From a virus: DNA of 64,000 nucleotides. Numbering within the stretch: position 1 is the first letter of the stretch; every line of letters begins with the position of its first letter. The notes beneath the pieces were generated by a model that was given only the letters and a program-made list of their open reading frames with translations, was not told the DNA's origin and ran no database searches. The stretch lies in IMG/VR virus record IMGVR_UViG_3300032288_005424; one strand, 5' to 3'. The position numbers and the translations under genes are program-made. Below, piece by piece: positions 45,684-54,697 of this stretch.

Positions 45684-46633
45684 ACTATAAAATTTTCTCA
45701 ATCGACGGCTCTAAACTAGCCAAAGACATCGCGATCCAATTGGACGCTGACGATTACGATCAAATCTTAGGCAAATTCAAGGTGGACACCTTTTCGGACG
45801 GAGAGATTAGCCCACAATTCATGGAATCAGTTAGGGACAAGAAAGTTTTCTTGGTCTCAAGCACAACAACTCCTGAAAAAATGCTGACCCTATTGCTCTC
45901 GATTGATGCTGCAAAAAGAGCTTCCGCTTCTGAAGTGATTGTTGTATTGCCGTATTTCGGTTATTCAAGACAGGATCGTAAGGAAGGCATGCGTGGAGCG
46001 ATCGGTGCAAAGTTAATGGCAGATCTTTTACAAACGGCTGGTGCAAGCAGAATCATTTCAATAGATCTACATGCTGAACAGATTCAAGGATTCTTTGATA
46101 TTCCGGTGAACATGATCCCAGGTCATGTAGCATTCGCTCCATTCATTAGGACTCTAACCTCTGCTGAATATTGTATTTGTTCGCCAGATGCAGGTGGAGT
46201 AAAAAGAGCAAGCCGCTTTTATCAAAAATTTCTGTATAAATTTCCGGACACTCACTTTGCAATGTTGTCAAAGTTGAGAGACAAGCCCAATTCAATTGAG
46301 AGAATGGATCTAATTGGAGACGTCAAGGATCGTCACGTGATCTTAGTCGATGATATGATAGACACCGGCGGAACTCTAGTAAATGCTGCTAGACTCCTAA
46401 AGGAGGGCGGCGCAAAGAAGGTAACCGCTGTAATCTCACACGGTGTGTTGTCGGGCCTAGGCCATGAAAGAATTGCTGGATCTACCGATCTTGACAAGTT
46501 GATCATTACCGATTCTATTGAGCAAATCAATAACCCCAAGATCCAGGTGGTAAGCTGTGCTCCAGCGATCGCTGCCGCAATCGAAGCAATCGTTAATTCA
46601 ATATCAATGGACAATCACTTAGAAAAAATATAA
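45680..46633 (+). CDS. prs: ribose-phosphate pyrophosphokinase (PRPP synthetase)
   Basis: FSDGEISPQF, VVLPYFGYSRQDRK, DLHAEQIQGFFDIPV, VDDMIDTGGTL; all canonical Prs motifs. Confidence 0.85.
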   Translation: MNYKIFSIDGSKLAKDIAIQLDADDYDQILGKFKVDTFSDGEISPQFMESVRDKKVFLVSSTTTPEKMLTLLLSIDAAKRASASEVIVVLPYFGYSRQDRKEGMRGAIGAKLMADLLQTAGASRIISIDLHAEQIQGFFDIPVNMIPGHVAFAPFIRTLTSAEYCICSPDAGGVKRASRFYQKFLYKFPDTHFAMLSKLRDKPNSIERMDLIGDVKDRHVILVDDMIDTGGTLVNAARLLKEGGAKKVTAVISHGVLSGLGHERIAGSTDLDKLIITDSIEQINNPKIQVVSCAPAIAAAIEAIVNSISMDNHLEKI

Positions 46634-46814
46634 TCACATGATAACTCAAGAAATCCTAGACTCTTTCGTTTACGAAACTCTTAATGGCGAATTCGAAGTC
46701 ACCGACCCGACCGAATTTGATCAAGTGCTAGTTGGTGGTCCGTTTGAAACAAAAAAAGCAGCCGAAGCTGCTTTCATTGAATTCGTTGAGAAAAACTCAA
46801 TTGAGTTCGAGTAG

Positions 46815-47564
46815 TTAAAACGTCATCTTTAAAATTAATGAAGCGGTTTCCTGAGAAGGACTAACCGCTTTATTTATGTAGTAAGGATAGCCTTGATAAC
46901 TGTAAATGTAGAGAACTCCAACTTCGTAACCCCTTTTGATTTTATAGGTTAAAGTATTCGTACTTCGCATGTTCAAGTTACTTGAGTAATCAACGTTACG
47001 ATCGCTAAAAACCGCAGGTTGATAAAGAGTGGTTGACGACAGTTTAAACAGGCCCGACTCGTATTCTAACTTAAATCTAGTGGAGAGTCTAATCGTGAAG
47101 TTATTCTTTGTCTGATCAATGCTTGACCAATAGTATTCAGGTAAAATGATTTCAGAAATGGATATGTCCCAGCCACCTCCTTCTAAAATATCATGAGCTG
47201 CTCCAAGGCCTAATGAACCTCTGAGCTTAATATTTCGCATGTACGATTTCTCGTCCTCAGTGAATGCGAGTATTTTCCAGGCTCCAAACTTACGAGCGAC
47301 ATTGCCTGTAAGATAAAGTTCATTCTCGTACAGATTCATCTTGGTCTGACCGTACGGTGACTGCTCGCTCCAACGGTATGTTGGAGTCAGGGCCCAAGTA
47401 AATTTACCAGTGTCCTTTTTGATATCAGCCTTGACCGTAACTCCGATTGAACTAAAATTTCCCCTGGAACCGTCGGCTCCAAGGGAAATTGATTTAGAGA
47501 TCGGTTGAGCGTTGCTAATACTAGTGGCCAATATAGCCAATGTAAAAAATAGTAATCCTTTCAT
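46815..47564 (-). CDS. outer-membrane beta-barrel-like protein
   Basis: Signal peptide MKGLLFFTLAILATSISNAQ; alternating amphipathic strands; C-terminal ...LKMTF with terminal Phe. Confidence 0.45.
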   Translation of the reverse strand: MKGLLFFTLAILATSISNAQPISKSISLGADGSRGNFSSIGVTVKADIKKDTGKFTWALTPTYRWSEQSPYGQTKMNLYENELYLTGNVARKFGAWKILAFTEDEKSYMRNIKLRGSLGLGAAHDILEGGGWDISISEIILPEYYWSSIDQTKNNFTIRLSTRFKLEYESGLFKLSSTTLYQPAVFSDRNVDYSSNLNMRSTNTLTYKIKRGYEVGVLYIYSYQGYPYYINKAVSPSQETASLILKMTF

Positions 47565-47570
47565 ACTTTG

Positions 47571-47879
47571 TTAGTCAGCTACAATTCTGCCTACTTGAGA
47601 TGCGACGATGTAGGTAGGCATGTAAGTGCCGTAACCGGCAACGAACGAACCCGGAGAAGTGTCGATCACCTCATCCCTGTATCTAGGTCGACAGTCCGGT
47701 AGAAGTCCAGGCTCGAGTCCATAAATAGAAAGAATTTGCGCGAGCTCAGGGTACTGTTCAACTGAGTAGTATGATCCGTCGCATAGTAGCCAATTAGACT
47801 GCCTCTTGCCCAGCGATTGAAATATATCTCCAACTGCTTTTTTTGGAATCACTCGCCTTGGCGGTATTGGTGCTGGCAT
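47571..47879 (-). CDS. phage tail collar domain protein (MdpB-like)
   Basis: WLLCDGSYYSVEQYPELAQILSIYG matches the Collar domain (W.CDG....Y..L....G). Confidence 0.5.
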   Translation of the reverse strand: MPAPIPPRRVIPKKAVGDIFQSLGKRQSNWLLCDGSYYSVEQYPELAQILSIYGLEPGLLPDCRPRYRDEVIDTSPGSFVAGYGTYMPTYIVASQVGRIVAD

Positions 47880-47889
47880 TAGTTAATGA

Positions 47890-48717
47890 TTATTTTAATA
47901 GAGCGTAGTACTCTTTGAAGTGTTTCAAGCGGTCAGGTAATCCGATTGTTCCACCGTTAACTCTTTTAGTAACTGCGGTCACAGTAGCGTCGTCTGCTCC
48001 CTTATCGCAAATTGCCCAAAGACCATTTGACTGAAAAAAGAATGCAGCAGAAGCCAAAGGATACTTTGTTGCAACTAGATCAGGATTTGAGATAACATCT
48101 TCATCAACAGTTTTGTCGAATCTAGCGTAGTTGTCCTTTCCTGTCAATTGGATGTAACCTCGACCGCGGAATTTGTAACCTTCGCCAGTTGCCTCAGCTC
48201 CATTACCCATACGGTTACCGTAAACTAGGTTAGCAATTTTTTCTGGCTTGCGCTCGTATTCTAGAGCCTTTGCGTCGGTTGGGAAGTACTTAGCGAAAAT
48301 ACCTCTTAGACCTTTCGCTCCGTAATTTAGGTTTTCTTGAACTGCCTTAAACCCGCCAGACTCATGGCCGCATTGTGCCAAGAAGTGAGCAAGTCTCAGT
48401 GGAGTTGTAATACCGAATTTTGCAGCAGTATCGGGGATCTGAGCGATCACTGAATCGGGAACGTGTCCTTTTAGATTAGCTAGTTTAAATTCGCTAGCCG
48501 GGATTGCAACTTGTGCAGCTGCTTGAGCTGGGGCTGCTCCCATTAATTTTGACCAAGAGGCCGGGCCAACAATACCGTCAGCCGTTAAGCCATTCGCGGC
48601 TTGCCATTCTTTTACCTTGGCTTCAGTACCGGGTCCAAATTGACCGTCTGCTGCAAGACCAAGTTTTTCCTGAAGTTGTTTGACTTCAGGGCCGGAAGAT
48701 CCATTCTTTAGTAACAT
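47890..48717 (-). CDS. endolysin: peptidoglycan-binding domain plus GH19 (chitinase-like) lysozyme
   Basis: PG_binding_1 repeats (GSSGPEVKQLQEKLG...DGQFGPGTEAKVKEWQ); GH19 core RLAHFLAQCGHESGGF...GRGYIQLTGKDNY. Confidence 0.7.
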   Translation of the reverse strand: MLLKNGSSGPEVKQLQEKLGLAADGQFGPGTEAKVKEWQAANGLTADGIVGPASWSKLMGAAPAQAAAQVAIPASEFKLANLKGHVPDSVIAQIPDTAAKFGITTPLRLAHFLAQCGHESGGFKAVQENLNYGAKGLRGIFAKYFPTDAKALEYERKPEKIANLVYGNRMGNGAEATGEGYKFRGRGYIQLTGKDNYARFDKTVDEDVISNPDLVATKYPLASAAFFFQSNGLWAICDKGADDATVTAVTKRVNGGTIGLPDRLKHFKEYYALLK

Positions 48718-48783
48718 ACGTGTGATTTTCTTGTTATTTATTCAAATGCAACAGGCTTAAAGAGTCTAATAAATAATACCAGT

Positions 48784-49155
48784 ATGAGTCATCATGTCAA
48801 TCTGAAAAGTGCAAAGTTAATTCTTGGTTGGTGTATTGAAAAATACGGTCCCAGCGAATACGCTAATTTAAAAACTCTAAAGATCAAACTTGATTCTAAT
48901 TTAGAGTACATTGGCCAGTACATGCAATACAACAATACAATTACTCTGAACCCAAGGTATCACAGGTCCTTATTGGGTTGGTGTTCAACCGTCATTCATG
49001 AGTACACGCATTTTCAACAGGACATGAATAAGTACCATGAATATCGGACGAGTTATGAAAATCATCCCTATGAGCTAAGTTCAAATAATCGAAGTAACCG
49101 CGACAAACTTGAGGCCAAACGATTCGTTCTAGGGAAACTTCGATCTAAAAAGTAG
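48784..49155 (+). CDS. HExxH motif small protein
   Basis: VIHEYTHF. Confidence 0.4.
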   Translation: MSHHVNLKSAKLILGWCIEKYGPSEYANLKTLKIKLDSNLEYIGQYMQYNNTITLNPRYHRSLLGWCSTVIHEYTHFQQDMNKYHEYRTSYENHPYELSSNNRSNRDKLEAKRFVLGKLRSKK

Positions 49156-49197
49156 TATAATAATAACTCAATCTTTAACTTAAAAAAACAAACAGAC

Positions 49198-49368
49198 ATG
49201 AAAAATCTATTTTTCGCGATCGCAATGATCTTCGCTGTAGCTTTGACAAGCTGTCAAAATACTGCAACTGAGGCAACATCAACTTGCCAAGACACTACCT
49301 GCGTTGACTCTACTGCAACCGCAGTTGACACGACAAGTGTTAAAGTTGATAGCGTAAACACTAAGTAA
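49198..49368 (+). CDS. small lipoprotein
   Basis: Lipobox LTSC (MKNLFFAIAMIFAVALTSCQN); TATAAT box at 49156-49161. Confidence 0.4.
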   Translation: MKNLFFAIAMIFAVALTSCQNTATEATSTCQDTTCVDSTATAVDTTSVKVDSVNTK

Positions 49369-49394
49369 TCAATTACATATTTTTACGATCTTTT

Positions 49395-49430
49395 CTGCCC
49401 GAGCCTAGGTTCGGGCAGCTTTGTTTTGGA
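49395..49430 (+). terminator. terminator
   Basis: CTGCCCGAgcctaggtTCGGGCAG plus T-rich tail. Confidence 0.55.
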
Positions 49431-49454
49431 TAAATAATAAGAAAGTCGTAAAAA

Positions 49455-51380
49455 ATGAAACAAATCCAAGCTTTATTTCTTGGGGTGTGTCTCTTTCTAA
49501 TAGGAGGCATTTCCAATCAGGTTGCTGCACAAACTTGCCCAGTTGCACCAACCTCAGCAACACCTTACGTCCTGATCGATTCGTCGTACCAGGTAGGAAC
49601 GGTCGCTTCGGGCAAAACCTATGCTAGCTTCTGCTACGCCAATCCAACTTCCACAAAAATTACAGGTCTTCAGTTTAGAGTATGGTATGATAAGACTGCA
49701 TTTGCCGGCGCAAATCCAGTTGTCACCTCAGCCAATACCAGCTGGTCGCAAAGCCTGAATTACGTGGTTAATGCAACTGAAGGTAATATCACAATTACCA
49801 TCGCGTACACAGGTTCTAGTTCAACATTCACCATTCCAGACGGAAGACAATTTACTGTTGAATTTACTCACTCAACTAACTTCCAGACGTACACTTCAAT
49901 TTCAAATCTCGCAATCACTGGAACTACAACCTTTCCAACAAGTTCTGCGAACATTAACGGTTTAGATGACACTTTGGCTCTTTATAGTTATGGTGGAGTC
50001 ATGAAGAACGTTAAGCTTAATTTTCATGGTGAATTCACAAACGTGACTGGTTCTCCAGCAAAGAATCTAACTTTGGCTTTAGAGAAAAAACCTAAGACTG
50101 GTTCTACTTGGACTCAGGTTGCCTCTTACACAACTAACACTCTAGGAAAATTCTCGTTCTCAGAAGATGTTGATACCACTTACTATGATGCACGCATTTA
50201 TGTTAAAGGGGATACTCTTGGTGTGGGTAACATCGTCTCAACTGCGGACGCTCAAAAAATCAATGACTGGATCCTAGGACTAGCTACTCCTACCGGTTTT
50301 GATTACTACACTGGAGACGTTAACGGATCAAACGGAATTACTATCGCTGACGTTTATGGCGCATTCGGAAGAATTGCTGGGCGTTTCAGTGCATGGCCTA
50401 ATTCAGTAATGGACATTCTATTCTTCTCTGCATCAGAATACGCAACGATTAACGGATCATCGACTAACTATCGCTCAACAATTCCAGGTACAACTAATCT
50501 GTACTACACAATTAGCGGAGGAGTTGTAGATTCAGTTAAATTCTATGTTGCTTCTCCTGGTGATGCTAACGGTACAGGTTACAACATGGCACGTTTGACC
50601 CCAATTCCAATCATTAATCCAGCAAATGCTAATAAATACATAATTGATGAAACTGTTGAATACGATAATTTGAATTTATCAGTAATGGAAGTCAATGTTC
50701 CTAAATTATCAGTAGAAGAAGGTAACCTAGTTAATATTCCAGTAAAGGTTTTGACTAACGGTTCAGATCGAGTAGGAGCTCTTCAATTGGCTCTAATGTA
50801 CGATCAAGCCCTATTGGAGTTTAGAGGAATTAACGGAACTGAGAAATCTCAAAAGTGGATGGCCTTCGTTAATCCATCAAACGGTGTAGTTGAATGGGGA
50901 GGATTTGATCCAACTGGCAAAGATAACTTAATGAACAGCGGCGAAGAAGTAGTTACTATTCAATTCGCAGCGCTTAAGCCTCAAGACGAATGGGGTAAAA
51001 GCCCTCTGTATACTACTCGTAAATTCGCAGGAGACGCTTCAGCTAGAGATATGGTAATCACTCCAACCAACGGAATGGTCTCAGTTTTGAGAGTCATGGG
51101 CGGAGGATTTAACATCGGCGATGAAGATTTTGAAATTTATCCTAATCCAACACAGGGAGAAATTCAGGTAGTTTTCAGCGTTAAAGAAGATACTAAAGCC
51201 ACAGTATCAGTTTATACTCTAGACGGTAAAAATGTAATAGAGATAATCAACGAACAAGTGCCCGAAGGAAAATATCGGTACTCAGCAGATCTGGGATTTT
51301 TAACACCTGGAACTTACACAGCAATTTTACAAACAGCTAGTGATAATCGAATCACTGCAAAAAGAATAATCAAAAACTAA
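49455..51380 (+). CDS. secreted protein with a type IX secretion system C-terminal sorting domain
   Basis: Signal peptide MKQIQALFLGVCLFLIGGISNQVAAQ; C-terminal ~80 aa (IYPNPTQGEIQVVF...VYTLDGKNV...GKYRYSADLGFLTPGTYTAILQT...KRIIKN) fits the T9SS CTD (TIGR04183-like); dockerin-like GDVNGSNGITIADV. Confidence 0.6.
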   Translation: MKQIQALFLGVCLFLIGGISNQVAAQTCPVAPTSATPYVLIDSSYQVGTVASGKTYASFCYANPTSTKITGLQFRVWYDKTAFAGANPVVTSANTSWSQSLNYVVNATEGNITITIAYTGSSSTFTIPDGRQFTVEFTHSTNFQTYTSISNLAITGTTTFPTSSANINGLDDTLALYSYGGVMKNVKLNFHGEFTNVTGSPAKNLTLALEKKPKTGSTWTQVASYTTNTLGKFSFSEDVDTTYYDARIYVKGDTLGVGNIVSTADAQKINDWILGLATPTGFDYYTGDVNGSNGITIADVYGAFGRIAGRFSAWPNSVMDILFFSASEYATINGSSTNYRSTIPGTTNLYYTISGGVVDSVKFYVASPGDANGTGYNMARLTPIPIINPANANKYIIDETVEYDNLNLSVMEVNVPKLSVEEGNLVNIPVKVLTNGSDRVGALQLALMYDQALLEFRGINGTEKSQKWMAFVNPSNGVVEWGGFDPTGKDNLMNSGEEVVTIQFAALKPQDEWGKSPLYTTRKFAGDASARDMVITPTNGMVSVLRVMGGGFNIGDEDFEIYPNPTQGEIQVVFSVKEDTKATVSVYTLDGKNVIEIINEQVPEGKYRYSADLGFLTPGTYTAILQTASDNRITAKRIIKN

Positions 51381-51397
51381 AAAAAACGGAAATCTGT

Positions 51398-51736
51398 ATG
51401 TCAGACGAACAAAACGTAGAGACCAATGACGGAACTTGGTCAGGATTAAAGAAAACAATAATTGGCGTTGCAACTACGGCAATTATGGCAGGTGGAACTT
51501 ACTTCACAACCACTCTATTCGGAGGCCACGATAAGGAAGAAACTAAAACTGAGCAAGCTGCACCAGCTGCTGCGCCGGTTATCAATCTAAACGTTGATAA
51601 TTCTTCTAAGAACGTTGCAAACGGTGGAGGAACAACCACCGTGATCAAAGAAAAAACAATCGTTGAAAAACCAGCGGCCGCTAAAGAAGAAAAGAAAGTG
51701 GAAAAGAAGAGCGAAACTGAGGATTCACCTTGGTAA
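51398..51736 (+). CDS. small membrane protein
   Basis: One TM helix (IIGVATTAIMAGGTYFTTTLFGG). Confidence 0.4.
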   Translation: MSDEQNVETNDGTWSGLKKTIIGVATTAIMAGGTYFTTTLFGGHDKEETKTEQAAPAAAPVINLNVDNSSKNVANGGGTTTVIKEKTIVEKPAAAKEEKKVEKKSETEDSPW

Positions 51737-51886
51737 TATGAAATACGTTCTTTTGACGCTTGGCATCGAGGCTGTCCTGTTTTTGACATGGGTTTTCTTT
51801 GAAGCTAAAAGACAAATAAAGGAAGAAGAGTCTGGGCGGTTTTGGCCGCCCGACTTTTTCGACCGTTAAAAAAACAAATCGTAAAA

Positions 51887-52291
51887 ATGAAAAAATGGTT
51901 TTCAGGTAGTAATGAATATGTAAAGGTTGAAGACAAGAACCGATTCTATTATATGCTACAACAAATGCAAGCTAATCGTTGGAGAATTACTGCCATCGTA
52001 TTAGGTTTATTCACATTGATTATTGTTGGCATTAATGCCGGAGTATTCATGGGAGCTACAATCAATGAAGATTGGAAAGAGATGTTGCTAATTCTATTAG
52101 GAGCTTTCGTTGGTAACCTAAATAAAGTGGTTGACTACTGGTTCAACTCTGAAGACAGAGATAAAATGCTGATTCAAAAGGTTGACGAAGAGGATGGTTT
52201 CTCATTATCAAATATTGCAGATCCAAACGCTAACCAAGTAAGTTCTATCAAGGTTGAGTCTGAATTATCGGACGAAGAGCCTCTAGCTTGA
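51887..52291 (+). CDS. membrane protein
   Basis: Start set at MKKWFSG, after the hairpin at 51834-51859; TM RITAIVLGLFTLIIVGINAGVFM. Confidence 0.4.
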   Translation: MKKWFSGSNEYVKVEDKNRFYYMLQQMQANRWRITAIVLGLFTLIIVGINAGVFMGATINEDWKEMLLILLGAFVGNLNKVVDYWFNSEDRDKMLIQKVDEEDGFSLSNIADPNANQVSSIKVESELSDEEPLA

Positions 52292-52344
52292 TTTTTAAAA
52301 AAATAAGGGCGGTCTTTGATCGCCCTTTTTACTATTCACAAATT

Positions 52345-53061
52345 ATGAAAAATATTATATGCTTATTGCTAGGCTTGGCTTTGGCCTTCTCAGCTAAATC
52401 CCAAACGATCGGCAGCATTAAAACCGACAAATACAAGGCAAGTTTTGAAAAAGAAGCCTCGCTTGACTCTATGCCAGAGTACACTGACACTCTTAAAATT
52501 CCAATTCAATTACTAAAGATCGGAATCAATGAAGAGCTTTATGAAATGTATCCGGAATTAAAGGACAAGCGAGTAGGACTTGGCGTTACGAACATTGTGC
52601 TTGAGTATCTTGAAATGACCAACCGTTTTGAATTCACAGAAGACAAAAAGGAAATTAAAGAAAGAATGGTTAATCAATTCAAGGCAAGCGACAAAGGCTT
52701 TACCGAGAATAAAATTGACGGCCGCGGAAAGGTTAAGTTGGCCAAGTACTTTGTCTATATCGAAGTTTACGATTTTTCAGTGTCAGAAGACGAGGTTGTA
52801 AAAGCAAAAGGGCAGGCAAAAGCAACTCAAACGACTAGGCTAGGATTACAGATCAAATTCGTTGATGCTGAATCTGGAGCAATCGTCATGGGTTCTGGAT
52901 TGGGAGAAGCTTCTACTGTCAAGATGTCAACCATATTAGATGACGTTGACGAAATTAAGTTCAACCAGTCGACAATAGGAATTACGACTAAGAAATCTCT
53001 TGAATACGCAACTTATCATGTGGTTCAAAAGCTAATAAAGAAAGGTGTTTTTAAACAATAA
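52345..53061 (+). CDS. CsgG-like lipoprotein (curli secretion-channel family) - tentative
   Basis: Lipoprotein-type signal MKNIICLLLGLALAFSAKSQ; GLGVTNIVLEYLEMTNRFEFTE and LQIKFVDAESGAIVMGSG resemble CsgG core segments (eye alignment only). Confidence 0.35.
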   Translation: MKNIICLLLGLALAFSAKSQTIGSIKTDKYKASFEKEASLDSMPEYTDTLKIPIQLLKIGINEELYEMYPELKDKRVGLGVTNIVLEYLEMTNRFEFTEDKKEIKERMVNQFKASDKGFTENKIDGRGKVKLAKYFVYIEVYDFSVSEDEVVKAKGQAKATQTTRLGLQIKFVDAESGAIVMGSGLGEASTVKMSTILDDVDEIKFNQSTIGITTKKSLEYATYHVVQKLIKKGVFKQ

Positions 53062-54695
53062 TGAAAAGGATACTTGTAACATTAACTGTATTATGCATGG
53101 CTTTGTCAGCAATGGCTCAAAGCTTTACCTACAGCTATGTGAATCCCTGTAATGGAAACATTGAAAAGATAGTGATTCCTTCCGGATCAAATTCGGTTGC
53201 CGTGACTTACTATAATCAAATACGAGTTTTCAGCGAAGCTGATTTCTCAAATGGAACGTTTGACGCATGGGCAAGTTCAGTGTTTAATTCATACAGCCAA
53301 GTTTCTCCATGTGCAGGTATCGGAACAACTACGGTCGTTTCACTGACTCAAAACACAGCAATGACGATGATCTCAATAATGGGATCGTTAACCACAATTA
53401 GCGATGCGTTAGGCAGTGTTAATTCGTTGGGAGGATTAACTGCGTCCGTTACTAGCGGGAGCGGTGGGTCAGATGGATCTAAAGGAAGTAACAACTCTAA
53501 AAAGACTAAATCAAATGACGCAGGTGGACAAGGAACATCGCAATCAACAGGTTCCTCTAATTCTTCCGGTGGAAGTTCTCAATCTACTGGTTCTACTTCG
53601 ACAAGCGGGCAGGGCTCAAGCGGATCAAGTTCAACTACTGGATCAACTGGAAGCTCAACTCAATCTTCTACAGGAACACCACAATCTCAGAGTGGTTCAA
53701 CTCAAGGAGGAAGTTCGTCGTCTCAGCCGACTCTAAGCGGAGGATCGACTAGCGGTTCTAGTTCAAGCGGTTCAAATTCAGGAAGCTCGACTACTGGTTC
53801 CGGATCTTCAAGTTCAACCAGCGGATCGAGCTCAGGAGGATCAACAAATGGCTCAAGCTCAGGATCCTCAAGTTCAACTGACGGATCAACCAGCGGATCG
53901 GGCTCAGGAGGATCAAGCACTGGCTCAGGATCTTCTAGTGGAGGTTCAACTAAAACAGAAGCAGCGGCTGAAGACAAAAAAACCGATGCACTAAGCGGTT
54001 CAAATAATGCAGTTAGATCAACACCCACTAACGGAACTGGAAATTCAAAGAATGGATTAAGGCCGATGGTTGTCGCAGGTAGCGATTTAGCCGGATTTAA
54101 TTTTAAAGACGGGGATGTTGCGTTCGGTGGAAAGATTAACGGCAACTACACGTCAGTTAGATACGATCAACGCCGATCTCATGGATTGTTATTTGACTAC
54201 ACAACCGCGATCAAAGGACCTAACATTACCGGTTTTTACGCATGGATGAAACCGAAAAGAATCACATTACTTTCAAATACATTGACTATCGGATTTGAAG
54301 GCAAGGGCTCAATTTATAATAGCGTTGCATTCGGACAGATGAGAGATATTGGAAAATCTAAAAGACTAAAGCTTGTTTACATGGCATCCGCTTCCGTTGG
54401 CGAAGTGTATGACGAAGCTTTTTTAGGAACCGCTCTAATTGCTGGAGGAATGTACGACTGGAGAGTCAGCAAAAAGCTAGATCTTAAACTTATGGCTCTT
54501 GGAGTTTACGCTCCATACGTGAGCTACTACAACGATATTTTACTACAGTCTCCTTATGTTATTTTGCCAAGCATTGGAACTAATATTAAGGTGACAAAGA
54601 ATTTTAGATTCAACATAAACTGGGGAGGAGCGTGGGCCATAAATCAAAATGTGTTGAACTACACGATAACAATTGGAACAAGACTTGTGCTTTAA
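53061..54695 (+). CDS. secreted protein with a long S/G/T-rich low-complexity linker and a C-terminal beta-rich domain
   Basis: Signal peptide MKRILVTLTVLCMALSAMAQ; ~180 aa of SGS/TGS repeats; C-terminal ~200 aa with alternating hydrophobic strands. Confidence 0.5.
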   Translation: MKRILVTLTVLCMALSAMAQSFTYSYVNPCNGNIEKIVIPSGSNSVAVTYYNQIRVFSEADFSNGTFDAWASSVFNSYSQVSPCAGIGTTTVVSLTQNTAMTMISIMGSLTTISDALGSVNSLGGLTASVTSGSGGSDGSKGSNNSKKTKSNDAGGQGTSQSTGSSNSSGGSSQSTGSTSTSGQGSSGSSSTTGSTGSSTQSSTGTPQSQSGSTQGGSSSSQPTLSGGSTSGSSSSGSNSGSSTTGSGSSSSTSGSSSGGSTNGSSSGSSSSTDGSTSGSGSGGSSTGSGSSSGGSTKTEAAAEDKKTDALSGSNNAVRSTPTNGTGNSKNGLRPMVVAGSDLAGFNFKDGDVAFGGKINGNYTSVRYDQRRSHGLLFDYTTAIKGPNITGFYAWMKPKRITLLSNTLTIGFEGKGSIYNSVAFGQMRDIGKSKRLKLVYMASASVGEVYDEAFLGTALIAGGMYDWRVSKKLDLKLMALGVYAPYVSYYNDILLQSPYVILPSIGTNIKVTKNFRFNINWGGAWAINQNVLNYTITIGTRLVL

Positions 54696-54697
54696 AT

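Noticed and set aside
53464-54145. Track ORFs 53464..53736 (+) and 53723..54145 (-) inside gene 53061..54695
   Set aside because: They are alternative-frame or antisense readings of the S/G/T-rich low-complexity repeat (they translate to Q/L/E/P runs). The long signal-peptide ORF in frame 1 explains the region.
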